Shown: in pieces, positions 1 through 10,446 of the stretch
Numbering within the stretch: the first letter of the stretch is position 1
Layout: each line of letters opens with the position of its first letter
DNA from: an uncultured SAR86 cluster bacterium
GTDB taxonomy: Bacteria; Pseudomonadota; Gammaproteobacteria; Magnimaribacterales; AG-339-G14
DNA: 64,000 bases
Assembly (NCBI GenBank): GCA_902587545.1
Contig: CACILL010000001.1
Location: 561,391 to 625,390, forward strand
Reading direction: 5' to 3'
The notes under the pieces: model-generated
The model's database searches: none
What the model was told of the DNA's origin: nothing
What the model saw: only the letters and a program-made list of their open reading frames with translations
Program-made: the position numbers and the translations under genes

Positions 1-740
1 GGATCGATTTCGGTAATCTTGACCACCATTCCTTCTTGCCTAAGACTCATTGCAGAGCCTTTACCAACATCACCATAACCAAAAACAAGAGCTTTCCTAC
101 CAGAAAGCAAAATATCCGTACCGCGCTTTATAGCATCGTTCAAACTATGTCTACATCCATACTTGTTATCGTTTTTAGATTTTGTTACCGAGTCGTTAAC
201 ATTTATAGCAGGCACCTTAAGAGCACCTTTTTCCAACATTTCATACAGTCTCAATACCCCAGTTGTCGTTTCTTCTGAAATACCATTAATTTTTTCTAAC
301 ATTTCTGGATATTTTTCGTGCACCATAGCAGTTAGGTCACCACCGTCGTCCAAAATCATATTTGCGTCCCATGGTTTACCATCAGACAGTATGGTTTGTT
401 CTATACACCAATCAAACTCTTCTTCATTCATACCTTTCCAAGCAAAAACAGGTATGCCATTTTGTGCGATAGCTGCCGCCGCATGATCTTGAGTAGAAAA
501 GATATTACAAGACGACCATCTCACAGACGCTCCCAATTCAACTAAAGTTTCTATAAGAACTGCAGTTTGAATTGTCATATGTATGCAACCCATAATTTTT
601 GCGCCCTGCAAAGGTTTATCTTTGCCATATCTTTCTCTGAGTTTAATCAAAGCTGGCATTTCTGATTCAGCCAGTTCTATTTCTTTTCTTCCAAACTCCG
701 CAAGAGAGATATCTTTTACTTTGTAGTCTTTGAATTCCAT
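1..740 (-). CDS. ahcY: Adenosylhomocysteinase, N-terminal ~246 codons (3' end lies beyond the left window edge)
   Basis: Open at the window edge, so absent from the ORF track. My translation from the ATG at 740-738 gives [92 protein letters not shown]..., a canonical AhcY N-terminus. Starts 2 nt after the metK stop. Confidence 0.9.
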   Translation of the reverse strand, partial: MEFKDYKVKDISLAEFGRKEIELAESEMPALIKLRERYGKDKPLQGAKIMGCIHMTIQTAVLIETLVELGASVRWSSCNIFSTQDHAAAAIAQNGIPVFAWKGMNEEEFDWCIEQTILSDGKPWDANMILDDGGDLTAMVHEKYPEMLEKINGISEETTTGVLRLYEMLEKGALKVPAINVNDSVTKSKNDNKYGCRHSLNDAIKRGTDILLSGRKALVFGYGDVGKGSAMSLRQEGMVVKITEID

Positions 741-742
741 AA

Positions 743-1897
743 TTATTTAAGTTGTCCTATTTTATCAGTTGATTCCCAAGAAAAACTTTGTTCTTCTCTT
801 CCAAAATGACCATATGAAGCAGTCAGTTGATAGATAGGTTTTTTAAGATCTAACATTTCGATAAGTTTTTTGGGCTTTAGTTCAAAATTCTTTTCAACTA
901 ACTCAACAATTTTTGCTTCTTCTATCTTATTTGTATCAAATGTATTGATACTGATGGAAGTCGGTTCAGCTACTCCAATGGCATAAGAAACCTGAATCTC
1001 ACATTTATCTGCAAGACCTGCGGCAACAATATTTTTAGCCACATATCTTCCAGCATAAGCGGCAGATCGATCAACTTTTGAAGGATCTTTTCCAGAAAAA
1101 GCACCTCCACCATGTCTGGCCATTCCACCGTAAGTGTCCACAATTATCTTTCTTCCCGTTAAGCCACAATCTCCAACAGGACCTCCTATTACAAAGCTTC
1201 CTGTTGGATTTATATAAATTTTTGTATCTTCATTAAGCCATGCATTTGAAATAACTGGTTTAATTATTTCTTCCATAACTCCTTCTTCAATAGTTTTTGC
1301 ATCTATATCTGGATCATGCTGAGTTGATAAAACAATTGCCGAAACACTCGATGGATTTCCTTGATCGTCGTATAAAAAACTCAACTGACTTTTTGCATCC
1401 GGTCTTAGCCAATTCAATTTTCCATTTTTTCTTACTTCAGACTGCTTCTTAACTAGTAGGTGGGAGTAGTGAATTGGTGCAGGCATCAGAACATCAGTTT
1501 CACTAGTTGCGTAACCAAACATTAAACCTTGGTCTCCTGCGCCTTGATTCAAATCAGTTCCAGAACCCTCATCTACTCCGGCAGCGATATCAACTGACTG
1601 TTGTCCAATGGCATTTATAATTTCAACTGTATTGCCATTGAATCCTAGGTCATCATTGTCATAGCCAATTTCGTTGATCACTTCTCGAATAACTTTTTCT
1701 AAGTCAGGTTGAGCGGAGGAGGTTATTTCTCCTGCAATCACTACCAAATCGGTTTTAACCAAAGTTTCGCAAGCTACTCTGGCGTTTGGATCCTCTTTTA
1801 GGTATGCATCCAAAATTGCATCGGAAATTTGATCACACATTTTATCGGGGTGACCTTCAGAAACAGATTCAGACGTGAAAGTTTTGTACTCAGACAT
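743..1897 (-). CDS. metK: S-adenosylmethionine synthetase
   Basis: ORF 743..1981. Motifs [29 protein letters not shown] and [19 protein letters not shown]. Start trimmed to the ATG at 1897 ([12 protein letters not shown]...) because the 28 upstream codons have no MetK counterpart. Confidence 0.95.
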   Translation of the reverse strand: MSEYKTFTSESVSEGHPDKMCDQISDAILDAYLKEDPNARVACETLVKTDLVVIAGEITSSAQPDLEKVIREVINEIGYDNDDLGFNGNTVEIINAIGQQSVDIAAGVDEGSGTDLNQGAGDQGLMFGYATSETDVLMPAPIHYSHLLVKKQSEVRKNGKLNWLRPDAKSQLSFLYDDQGNPSSVSAIVLSTQHDPDIDAKTIEEGVMEEIIKPVISNAWLNEDTKIYINPTGSFVIGGPVGDCGLTGRKIIVDTYGGMARHGGGAFSGKDPSKVDRSAAYAGRYVAKNIVAAGLADKCEIQVSYAIGVAEPTSISINTFDTNKIEEAKIVELVEKNFELKPKKLIEMLDLKKPIYQLTASYGHFGREEQSFSWESTDKIGQLK

Positions 1898-1966
1898 GAC
1901 AATAATAAAGTCAGCAATTCTACTATGAACTGACCTTGAAATAGTAGAAAATAACATTTTAATTTC

Positions 1967-3940
1967 ATGACTGATCAACAAAACCTAGCCAATGCTATAA
2001 GAGCTTTATCTATGGATGCAGTTCAGAGAGCAGGATGCGGTCATCCTGGCATGCCCATGGGAATGGCAGATATCGCACAGGTTTTGTGGACCAAACATCT
2101 TAAATATAACCCCTCAAATCCAGATTGGTTTGACAGAGATAGGTTTGTTTTATCCAACGGACACGGTTCCATGCTTCTTTATTCGCTACTTCATTTGACA
2201 GGTTATGATCTTTCTATAGATGAGTTGAAAAATTTCCGTCAACTGGGTTCAAAAACACCTGGACATCCGGAATGTGACGTGACTCCTGGAGTAGAAACAA
2301 CGACCGGTCCGCTTGGGCAAGGTATTGCGAATGCAGTTGGTATGGCAATGGCAGAAAAAATTCTTGCAAAGAGATTTAATAAAAAAGACTGTCCAATAAT
2401 CGATCATTACACTTACGTTTTTTGTGGTGACGGTTGTTTGATGGAAGGTATTTCTCACGAGGTTTGTTCTTTAGCTGGTACTCATAAACTGAATAAATTA
2501 ATTGTTTTATATGATGACAATAAAATCAGTATTGATGGCAAAGTTGAAGGTTGGTTTACAGACAACACGCCCGAGAGATTCAAAAGTTATGGTTGGAACG
2601 TTATAGCAGAAGTTGATGGGCATGATTTTCAAAGTATCGATAAAGCTTTGCAAGATGCAAAATCATCTAATCTTCCAACACTAATTTGTTGTAAAACAGA
2701 AATCGGGAAAGGATCTCCCAATAAGTCAGGTTCTGCAGATGCACATGGCGCAGCCCTCGGCGAAGAAGAAATTATACTCACTAGAGAAAACATTAAATGG
2801 CAGCATGAGCCTTTTGAAATTCCCGAAGAAATTTATGAGGCTTGGGATCACAAAAAACAAGGACAAGAAAGTGAAGAAAAATGGCAAGAGATTCTTTCTG
2901 ACTTTGAAAAAAACTATCCTGAAGATTCCAAAGAGCTGCATAGATTAATCACCGGAAGCTTGCCTAGTAATTTTGAATCTACCATCGAAAATTTAATCAA
3001 CAATTTTTCTGAAGATGAAAATTCTTATGCCAGCAGAAAGTGTTCTGGTATGTGTTTGGATGCTATTGGTCCAATCATGCCGGAGTTGATAGGTGGATCA
3101 GCAGATCTTTCTCCTTCAAACAATACCGAATGGAAGGGAACCTCTCATCTTGCTGAAGACGGTTCAGGTAATTACTTAAATTATGGCGTTCGAGAATTTG
3201 GTATGTCGGCAATCATGAATGGCATGATCCTACATGGCGGCATTAGACCTTATGCAGGAACTTTTCTTACTTTTCTAGATTACGCTAGAAATGCCGTGAG
3301 GATGTCCGCCTTAATGAAATTACCTGTAATTTATGTATATACGCATGATTCCATCGGGGTCGGTGAAGATGGTCCTACTCATCAACCGGTGGAACATATT
3401 TCAATGCTAAGAATTACGCCTGGCATTTATACTTGGCGACCTTGTGATGGGGTTGAAACTGCTTGTGCGTGGAAATTTGCGCTGGAGTCAAAATCTGCAC
3501 CGTCAGCATTGATATTATCCAGACAATCATTGGATGCTCAGAAAAGAGAAACGAACGACCCAATTTTTCTAGGCGGATACGAACTTGCTTCAGACCAAAA
3601 TCCCAAAATAACATTGGTTGCTTCGGGTTCAGAAGTGGGCTTAGCCATGAAGGTTCGAGATCAGCTCAATGAGCAAAAAATTTCATCAAGAGTTGTCTCA
3701 ATGCCATGTACCGAAATATTTGATGAACAATCACCAGAATATCAAAGAGAAACTTTGGGTGACTTGCCAAAAATTTTCATAGAAGCAGGGCAGAGTGATT
3801 TTTGGAAGAAATATTGTGAAGGAGATGATCAAGTAGTCGGTATCGACAAATTTGGCGAATCAGCTCCAATAGATGATTTGATGAACCACTTTGGTTTTAC
3901 AGTTGAAAATATAATCGAACAAATTAATAAAACAATTTAA
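1967..3940 (+). CDS. tkt: Transketolase
   Basis: 657 aa. TPP-binding GDGCLMEG and [15 protein letters not shown] motifs; full-length collinear with bacterial Tkt. Confidence 0.95.
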   Translation: MTDQQNLANAIRALSMDAVQRAGCGHPGMPMGMADIAQVLWTKHLKYNPSNPDWFDRDRFVLSNGHGSMLLYSLLHLTGYDLSIDELKNFRQLGSKTPGHPECDVTPGVETTTGPLGQGIANAVGMAMAEKILAKRFNKKDCPIIDHYTYVFCGDGCLMEGISHEVCSLAGTHKLNKLIVLYDDNKISIDGKVEGWFTDNTPERFKSYGWNVIAEVDGHDFQSIDKALQDAKSSNLPTLICCKTEIGKGSPNKSGSADAHGAALGEEEIILTRENIKWQHEPFEIPEEIYEAWDHKKQGQESEEKWQEILSDFEKNYPEDSKELHRLITGSLPSNFESTIENLINNFSEDENSYASRKCSGMCLDAIGPIMPELIGGSADLSPSNNTEWKGTSHLAEDGSGNYLNYGVREFGMSAIMNGMILHGGIRPYAGTFLTFLDYARNAVRMSALMKLPVIYVYTHDSIGVGEDGPTHQPVEHISMLRITPGIYTWRPCDGVETACAWKFALESKSAPSALILSRQSLDAQKRETNDPIFLGGYELASDQNPKITLVASGSEVGLAMKVRDQLNEQKISSRVVSMPCTEIFDEQSPEYQRETLGDLPKIFIEAGQSDFWKKYCEGDDQVVGIDKFGESAPIDDLMNHFGFTVENIIEQINKTI

Positions 3941-5101
3941 GTGGATTTAACAAATTCAAAACTATCCTCTTTTGATTTCGAGGGAAAAAGAGTTCTATTG
4001 AGAGTAGATTTCAATATTCCAATCAGAGACGAAGAAGTTCTCAACGACGAAAGAATGGTCAGGGCTTTACCGACCATTAAGCACTTATTGGAAAAAGCAA
4101 AATCTCTCAGAATCATAACGCATCGTGGAAGACCTCAAGAAACGGGAGCAGTTCAGCCTGAATTTTCGATTAAGCCAATAGCAAAAAGACTCTCTCAATT
4201 ATTAGATATTCCTGTTCCAATAGCTGATTATTTAGATGATTTAGAGCAAGACAAAAAAATTATCATGTTAGAAAACATAAGATTTTTTCAAGGAGAAAAA
4301 GAAAACTCTACAAATCTTTCAAAAACACTGGGTAATTATGGAGATGTTTACATCATGGATGCTTTCGGTACTGCACATCGTAAGCAAGCATCTACTTTTG
4401 GCGTAATTGATTCAGTAGCTGAAGCAGGCGTTGGCTTTTTGGTTGAAGATGAACTCGAGGCTTTGAAAAAAATTTTGGTGAATCCAAAAAAACCTCTAAT
4501 TGGAATTATTGGCGGCTCAAAGATCTCAACCAAAATTAATGTCATTGATTCGCTTACATCATACGTTGATAAATTAATCATAGGCGGTGCTTTGGCAAAT
4601 ACCTGCTATATGGCAATGGGAAAAAACATTGGAAAATCGTTGTTTGAAATAGACTATTTAGATGTAGCAGAAAAATTAGTTGGTAATGAAAAGATTGTAT
4701 TGCCAGAAAATGTCGTTGTTTTAGATACATCTAACGATTCTGTATTTGAAAAGCATATTGATGATATAGCCAGTCATGAAGCTATCTGCGATGTAGGTAA
4801 AAAATCTTTGGACTATTTTCAAAAATATATTAATTCCGCTAAAACTGTTTTTTGGAATGGTCCTTTGGGTAAGTTTGAGGATCCAAGATTTTCTGTAGGG
4901 ACTTCTGAGGTAGCAAAAATCATGTCTAAATCAAAAGCCTATAGCATTATTGGCGGCGGAGAGACTATTACCTCTTTTGCAAATATTAATTTAATGGATT
5001 CTGTAGATTATGCTTCCACTGCGGGAGGAGCTTTCTTAGAATATATAGAAAATAATTCCTTACCTTGCATAGATAAGATAATAACTAAAAATAAAGGATA
5101 G
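3941..5101 (+). CDS. pgk: Phosphoglycerate kinase
   Basis: 386 aa. GTG start directly after the tkt stop. RVDFNIP, FGTAHR and STAGGAFLE motifs. Confidence 0.93.
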   Translation: MDLTNSKLSSFDFEGKRVLLRVDFNIPIRDEEVLNDERMVRALPTIKHLLEKAKSLRIITHRGRPQETGAVQPEFSIKPIAKRLSQLLDIPVPIADYLDDLEQDKKIIMLENIRFFQGEKENSTNLSKTLGNYGDVYIMDAFGTAHRKQASTFGVIDSVAEAGVGFLVEDELEALKKILVNPKKPLIGIIGGSKISTKINVIDSLTSYVDKLIIGGALANTCYMAMGKNIGKSLFEIDYLDVAEKLVGNEKIVLPENVVVLDTSNDSVFEKHIDDIASHEAICDVGKKSLDYFQKYINSAKTVFWNGPLGKFEDPRFSVGTSEVAKIMSKSKAYSIIGGGETITSFANINLMDSVDYASTAGGAFLEYIENNSLPCIDKIITKNKG

Positions 5102-5105
5102 AAAT

Positions 5106-6113
5106 ATGAAATCACTGGAAGAAATTGCAACTTATATTGTTTCTGATGGAAAGGGCATATTAGCTGCTGATGAGAGTACCCCAACAATAGGGAAAAGATT
5201 TGCAACAATAAATGCTGAGTCCACGGAAGACTCCAGAAGGGATTATCGTGAGATGCTTTTTCGAGCTGATGGAATGAAAAATAATATTGGCGGAGTTATT
5301 TTATTTGATGAGACTTTGAGACAAGACGCAAAAGACGGCACTCCTTTAAAAGATATAATTTCCGAACAAGGTGCATTGCCAGGTATCAAGGTAGACAAGG
5401 GAATCAGCCAGCTTGATTCTTCTCCTGAAGAAAATATTACTGATGGCTTAGAAGGACTTAATGAGAGATGCGCAGAATATTTTGATCTTGGTGCTAAATT
5501 TACCAAGTGGCGTGCAGTTATAAAAATTGCCGACGGCCTGCCTTCCCAAGCGGCTATCAAAGCAAACATGGATGCTCTTGCTGATTACGCAAAAATAGTT
5601 CAAGAAAATCACATGGTTCCAATTGTCGAGCCTGAAGTTTTGATGGATGGCAGTCATTCCATAGAATCTTGTGAAGACGCAACAAAAAGATGTTTGAGTA
5701 CTCTATTTGAATCTTTGGCAGAGAAAGGCGTTTTGGTAGAAGGAACCATTTTAAAACCCAACATGGTGGTCTCAGGAAATGAATGTTCGGAGCAAGCTGG
5801 AATCCAACAAGTTGCTGAAATGACACTGAATTGTCTATTGGAAAATGTGCCTAGCAATCTGCCAGGAATCACATTTCTTTCTGGGGGACAATCCGATGTT
5901 GACGCCACAGCTCATTTAGATGCCATGAATAAAATTGGTGGCAATCCATGGAAGCTCAGTTTTTCTTATGGCCGTGCTTTGCAACAGGCTGCTCTCAAAA
6001 CTTGGAGCGGTAAACAAGATAATGAGCAAGCCGCGCAAGAGGCCTTCAGCCACAGAGCCAAAATGAATATGTTGGCAGCAAAAGGTGAGTGGTCAGAAAA
6101 CTTAGAAGGCTAG
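5106..6113 (+). CDS. fba: Fructose-bisphosphate aldolase, class I (Schiff-base type)
   Basis: 335 aa. GILAADES, ILKPNMV (Schiff-base Lys) and FLSGGQS motifs typical of class I aldolases. Confidence 0.9.
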   Translation: MKSLEEIATYIVSDGKGILAADESTPTIGKRFATINAESTEDSRRDYREMLFRADGMKNNIGGVILFDETLRQDAKDGTPLKDIISEQGALPGIKVDKGISQLDSSPEENITDGLEGLNERCAEYFDLGAKFTKWRAVIKIADGLPSQAAIKANMDALADYAKIVQENHMVPIVEPEVLMDGSHSIESCEDATKRCLSTLFESLAEKGVLVEGTILKPNMVVSGNECSEQAGIQQVAEMTLNCLLENVPSNLPGITFLSGGQSDVDATAHLDAMNKIGGNPWKLSFSYGRALQQAALKTWSGKQDNEQAAQEAFSHRAKMNMLAAKGEWSENLEG

Positions 6114-6117
6114 TCTT

Positions 6118-6828
6118 TTATTTATTTATAAAAAATCTACTGGCTAAAAGTCCCATTTCATAAAGCAGCCAGACAGGAAGAGCCAAAAGCGTTTGTGAAA
6201 AAATATCAGGAGGCGTTAGAAACATTCCCACAACAAAACATCCTATGATCACGTAAGGTCTAGCACTAGAGAGTTGTTGAGCATTTGTAACTCCAGACCA
6301 AATCATCAGCATCAAAACAATTGGCACCTCAAATGCAAATCCAAAGACAAAAAGAATTCTAACAACAAAATCAATGTATTCATTGATGTCGGTCATTACC
6401 AAAACTTCCGAGGGAGAGGCTTGAACAAAAAAAGTGAAAATCAGTGGAAAAATTACAAAAAAAGCAAAACAAATACCTGCTAGGAACAAAACTATGCTGG
6501 AAAACAAAACCGCAAAAAAACCTATTTTTTCTTCTTTATACAAACCTGGCGCAATGAAGTTCCATAACTCAAAAAGTAAATACGGAATTGCTACAAATGT
6601 AGCCACATAAAAAGTAAGCCTTAATGGAGTCAAAAAGGGTGACACCACACCAGTTGCAATCATTGAAGAATTGGAAGGCAAGATTTCTGTTAAGGGATTG
6701 GCAAAAACAAGAAAAATTTCATTTCTAAAAAATACCAACACAAAAAAAATTAGAGCAATTGCGCCAAGGCTTCTTAAAAGAACATTTCGCAGGGAGTTTA
6801 AATGTTCAAGATAACTTTTTTCAGTCAT
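6118..6828 (-). CDS. tatC: Twin-arginine translocase subunit TatC
   Basis: 236 aa polytopic membrane protein with TatC-like helices. Last gene of a tatA-tatB-tatC string; overlaps tatB by 8 nt. Confidence 0.92.
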   Translation of the reverse strand: MTEKSYLEHLNSLRNVLLRSLGAIALIFFVLVFFRNEIFLVFANPLTEILPSNSSMIATGVVSPFLTPLRLTFYVATFVAIPYLLFELWNFIAPGLYKEEKIGFFAVLFSSIVLFLAGICFAFFVIFPLIFTFFVQASPSEVLVMTDINEYIDFVVRILFVFGFAFEVPIVLMLMIWSGVTNAQQLSSARPYVIIGCFVVGMFLTPPDIFSQTLLALPVWLLYEMGLLASRFFINK

Positions 6829-7027
6829 CTTTATTTTCTTTGTTGTTTTGGAAGTCTTCCGAATATATCTCTTGTTTTATCTCTTGCGAGATTGAAGAGC
6901 TTTTTGAACGAATTAGCTTCACATATTCTTCTAATTTAGTGAGAAATCCCGGCAATCTTTTAGGACCTAAAATAAGTAAAGCAATGATTCCTATTAATAA
7001 GATTTCAAAGAATCCTATGTCGAACAT
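6821..7027 (-). CDS. tatB: Twin-arginine translocase subunit TatB
   Basis: 68 aa. N-terminus MFDIGFFEILLIGIIALLILGPKRLP (TatA/B family TM helix plus hinge). Second of two TatA/B paralogues upstream of tatC. Confidence 0.8.
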   Translation of the reverse strand: MFDIGFFEILLIGIIALLILGPKRLPGFLTKLEEYVKLIRSKSSSISQEIKQEIYSEDFQNNKENKDD

Positions 7028-7204
7028 TTAATCTTCTTTTTTGTCGTCTAAACTTTTATCTTCTTCTTTGACTGCTTTTTTAAACCCTTTAACAAAAGAA
7101 CCTAAATCTCCACCAAGATTTCTAATTCTTTTGGTACCGAAGATCAAAACAATAATTGCTAGAATGATCAGCAATTGCCAAATACTTATTCCACCAAAAC
7201 CCAT
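7028..7204 (-). CDS. tatA: Twin-arginine translocase subunit TatA (58 aa, below ORF-track cutoff)
   Basis: My translation is [58 protein letters not shown], a typical TatA TM helix, FGxK hinge and amphipathic helix. ATG at 7204-7202 directly follows the hisE stop; TAA at 7030-7028 abuts the tatB ATG. Confidence 0.85.
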   Translation of the reverse strand: MGFGGISIWQLLIILAIIVLIFGTKRIRNLGGDLGSFVKGFKKAVKEEDKSLDDKKED

Positions 7205-7525
7205 TTATTCTTTCCTTCCTTTTTTTTCTTCTATTCCAGAAAGACCCTCTCTGCTTTCAAGTTCTTTTAAAACCTCAGTCGGATCGATTCCGTTATTAGT
7301 CAATAATACCATGACGTGAAACCATAAATCTGCAGCTTCATGAATAACCTTATTTTTCTCTGGATCTTCAGTTATTTCGGCAATTAGTTCGTCAGTCTCT
7401 TCAGCTATTTTTTCAATAATCTTCTCGTTTCCCTTTGCATACAAACTAGCTACATAAGATGAAGAAGGATCGGCATTTTTACGCTCCTTCAGTAAAGCAC
7501 TCAATCTTTCTACGATGTTTTTCAT
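7205..7525 (-). CDS. hisE: Phosphoribosyl-ATP pyrophosphatase (stand-alone HisE)
   Basis: 106 aa all-helical MazG-like protein (SSYVASLYAKG..KI.EE..EL, EAADLWFHVMVLL). Sits in the ubiB-hisE-tatA position known from Pseudomonas. Confidence 0.85.
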   Translation of the reverse strand: MKNIVERLSALLKERKNADPSSSYVASLYAKGNEKIIEKIAEETDELIAEITEDPEKNKVIHEAADLWFHVMVLLTNNGIDPTEVLKELESREGLSGIEEKKGRKE

Positions 7526-9057
7526 TAAATAACTATTATGGCAACTAAAAGCAACGCAGTAACACCTATGTATATAAATTTATTATTGTTTTTTGTTTGC
7601 TTGATCTCTTTTTTTAAGTTTTTTATTTCCGAGTTGTATTCTTCTAATCTAGACAAGTTATCTAATATGATTTCAATTTTTTCAGGAAGTTCGTAAGCTT
7701 TTTCTGCCAAAGCAAAAGAATCATTTTTAAATCTTTCAAACATTGCCTTCGGGCTATATTTTTTTGCAACCCAAGATTGAATAAATGGCTTGGCTGTTGT
7801 CCACAAATCCAATTCTGGATAAATTTGTCTGCCCAACCCCTCAATGTTAATCAAAGTTTTGTTGAGTAGTAACAATGAAGTCGGAAGGGATAAATCAAAT
7901 TTTCTTGTAGCATCGAATAAATAGAGCAACATTTCTCCAAATTTAATTTCATCGAAGGGTTTCTCGAAAATTGGATCCAAAACCGTTCTTATCACAACTT
8001 CTAGTTCAACTTCTTTTGTATCTTCGCCAACCCAACCGGCATTTATCATGGTCTTGGCAACTCCAGAATAATTTTTGTTGAACATTTCTGAAAGCATCTT
8101 GCCGATGATGAGTTGTTCTTTCTCAGTTAAGGAACCACAAATGGCATAATCAACGGCAACATAGGTAGGATTTTCAGGATTGGAATTGTTTACAAAAATA
8201 TTTCCTGGATGCATATCGGCATGGAAAAAATTATCATCAAAAAGTTGTTTGAAGAAAATCTTTACACCTGTTTCGGCTAGGGCTTTTAAATTTATGTTTT
8301 CTTTTTTTAGTACCTCTATGTCCGTTACCGGTATTCCAGAAATTTTTTCCATGGTCATGACGTTTTTCGAAGAGAAATTTTCATAAACCTCTGGAATATA
8401 CAAAAGAGAATTTTCTTTGAAGAAGTTTTTTGTTTGGATGGCGTTGGCGGCTTCTTTTTTTAGATCGGTTTCAGCAGTGATAACCAATTCATATTCTCTT
8501 ATCAAATCCATCAGTTTTAATCTTCGAGCATCGGAGAGAATTAATTCAGCTAAACCGCCTAAAAACTTTATTGAATTAACATCAGCAGAAATTCTTTTAT
8601 CCAAACCGGGCCGAACAATTTTTACAACCACCGATTTACCGTCTTTTAAAATTGCTTCGTGCACTTGAGCAATAGAAGCTGCAGCGAGTGGTTCTTCACT
8701 AAATGACTCGAAAATTTGATCTATAGGACTTTCCAAATCCTGCTCTACTATTTTGATAGCCTCTCTTGTTGAAAAAGGTTTTAAGTCGTTTTGAAATTTT
8801 TTTAAGACGCTTGATTGTTTTTCTCCAACAAGATCTGGTCTGGTTGATAAAAGCTGACCAAATTTAATAAAGAGCGGACCCATCTCCTCTAATGCATCGC
8901 TTAAACGATACTCTATTTCTTTTTGTTTTCTGAAGAAGATTTTTGGGAAAAAAAATAAAAGAGATAAAAGAACTTTGTTTGCCAAAGGATCAAGTAGTTC
9001 ATCCAATCTGTATTTACAAAAAATATAAGAGATTCGAATCAGACTGAAAATAGCCAT
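7525..9057 (-). CDS. ubiB: Ubiquinone biosynthesis protein kinase-like UbiB (ABC1 family)
   Basis: FIKFGQLLSTRPDL, AAASIAQVH and HADMHPGNIFV motifs with a C-terminal TM helix. I prefer the ATG at 9057 (MAIFSLIR...), which avoids overlap with ubiE; the track start 9072 is the alternative. Confidence 0.9.
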   Translation of the reverse strand: MAIFSLIRISYIFCKYRLDELLDPLANKVLLSLLFFFPKIFFRKQKEIEYRLSDALEEMGPLFIKFGQLLSTRPDLVGEKQSSVLKKFQNDLKPFSTREAIKIVEQDLESPIDQIFESFSEEPLAAASIAQVHEAILKDGKSVVVKIVRPGLDKRISADVNSIKFLGGLAELILSDARRLKLMDLIREYELVITAETDLKKEAANAIQTKNFFKENSLLYIPEVYENFSSKNVMTMEKISGIPVTDIEVLKKENINLKALAETGVKIFFKQLFDDNFFHADMHPGNIFVNNSNPENPTYVAVDYAICGSLTEKEQLIIGKMLSEMFNKNYSGVAKTMINAGWVGEDTKEVELEVVIRTVLDPIFEKPFDEIKFGEMLLYLFDATRKFDLSLPTSLLLLNKTLINIEGLGRQIYPELDLWTTAKPFIQSWVAKKYSPKAMFERFKNDSFALAEKAYELPEKIEIILDNLSRLEEYNSEIKNLKKEIKQTKNNNKFIYIGVTALLLVAIIVI

Positions 9058-9058
9058 T

Positions 9059-9817
9059 TTACTTTTCCGCAATGTGAAGAGTTACTATGCCTGCTGTCAT
9101 GATGTCATAGGAAATATTTTTAAAATTTACAGACTCAAGCATTTGTTTAAATTCTTCTTGCGATGGATGCATCCTTATTGATTCTGCAAGATATTGATAA
9201 CTTTCCTCATCTTGAGCAAAAAATTTTCCAAGTTTAGGCAAAATCTTAAATGAATAGAAATCGTATAAGTCAGATATCAAAGGAGCTTCAGGCTTTGAAA
9301 ATTCCAAGACTAAAAGTCTACCTCCAGGTTTTAAACATCTGTAAAAATTTTTTAAGGCTTCAAGCTTATTCGTTACGTTTCTAATTCCAAAACCTATGGT
9401 TATGCAATTGAATCTGTTATCGGGAAAAGGGAGGTTTTCAGCATCAGCAACAGCAGTTTTTATATTCAATTTATTTTTATCAAGACTTCTTGCTTTACCT
9501 AGCTTTAACATTTTCTCATTGATATCACTGAGGATGATTTCACCTGACTCCCCAACCAAATCTGACATTAAAATAGATAGGTCTCCCGTTCCTCCGGCGA
9601 CATCTAAAACAGAATCTCCTTGTTTCAAATTAGAAAGCTCAACTGTGCCCCTCTTCCACAAGCGATGAATCCCGAAAGACATTAGGTCGTTCATAAGATC
9701 GTAATTTTCAGCAACAGAATCAAAAACACCCTTAACCATTTCGGGTTTTTCCGTTTTATCTACATTCTTATAACCAAAGTTGGTTTCGTTGTTTTCGTTG
9801 TTTTCGTTTTTACTCAT
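9059..9817 (-). CDS. ubiE: Demethylmenaquinone/ubiquinone C-methyltransferase
   Basis: 252 aa. VFDSVAENYDLMNDLMSFGIHRLWKR and the SAM motif LDVAGGTGD. Confidence 0.93.
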   Translation of the reverse strand: MSKNENNENNETNFGYKNVDKTEKPEMVKGVFDSVAENYDLMNDLMSFGIHRLWKRGTVELSNLKQGDSVLDVAGGTGDLSILMSDLVGESGEIILSDINEKMLKLGKARSLDKNKLNIKTAVADAENLPFPDNRFNCITIGFGIRNVTNKLEALKNFYRCLKPGGRLLVLEFSKPEAPLISDLYDFYSFKILPKLGKFFAQDEESYQYLAESIRMHPSQEEFKQMLESVNFKNISYDIMTAGIVTLHIAEK

Positions 9818-9852
9818 TTCTTTGGAATCTGTTAGTATTGTAGTTTATTCAT

Positions 9853-10392
9853 ATGGAAAACAAATTAATTTGGCTAGACTTAGAAATGACTGGTCTAGAA
9901 CCGCAATCCGAAAGAATTATAGAGATTTTCACCGCCATTACTAATGAAGATTTAACAGAAGTAATCGAAGGACCAAATATCGTTATATCACAACCTAGTG
10001 AATATTTAGACAACATGGATGATTGGAATCAAGATCATCATTCTAGATCGGGATTGTTAGATGAAGTTAAAAAGAGTGAGATTTCTCAAGAGGATGCAGA
10101 GTTGAGGACTTTGAATTTTATAAAAGAACATGTGGGAAAAAATAAGTCACCACTATGTGGAAACACAATTCACCACGACAGAAAATTTTTAACCTTGTAT
10201 ATGCCTCAGTTAGAGGAGTACTTTCACTACAGAAATATAGATGTAAGCTCTTTAAAAGAAGTTGCAAAAAGATGGCGTCCAGAAGTCACCATGGAACAAG
10301 CAAAGCAAGTAGCGCATCGAGCAAGAGCAGATGTTTTTGAATCTATAAATGAATTGCGGTTTTACCGAGATGAATTTTTTGCAAAAAACTAA
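9853..10392 (+). CDS. orn: Oligoribonuclease
   Basis: 179 aa DEDDh exonuclease. WLDLEMTGL and GNTIHHDRKFL motifs. Confidence 0.92.
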   Translation: MENKLIWLDLEMTGLEPQSERIIEIFTAITNEDLTEVIEGPNIVISQPSEYLDNMDDWNQDHHSRSGLLDEVKKSEISQEDAELRTLNFIKEHVGKNKSPLCGNTIHHDRKFLTLYMPQLEEYFHYRNIDVSSLKEVAKRWRPEVTMEQAKQVAHRARADVFESINELRFYRDEFFAKN

Positions 10393-10446
10393 CTTTTTTA
10401 CTGTATCTTTCCCCGTTTTCTTTATAATTGCCATCCCTTTTAAGAT

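Noticed and set aside
36-486. Two plus-strand ORFs (80 and 107 aa) at the left edge.
   Set aside because: They are antisense to the clearly recognisable ahcY coding sequence.
1898-1966. Possible SAM riboswitch or attenuator in the metK leader. An inverted repeat CTACTAT-N14-ATAGTAG is present on the minus strand.
   Set aside because: Only 69 nt separate metK from tkt. I could not recognise SAM-I, SAM-II or SAM-V core elements. A single 7-bp AT-rich stem is weak evidence.
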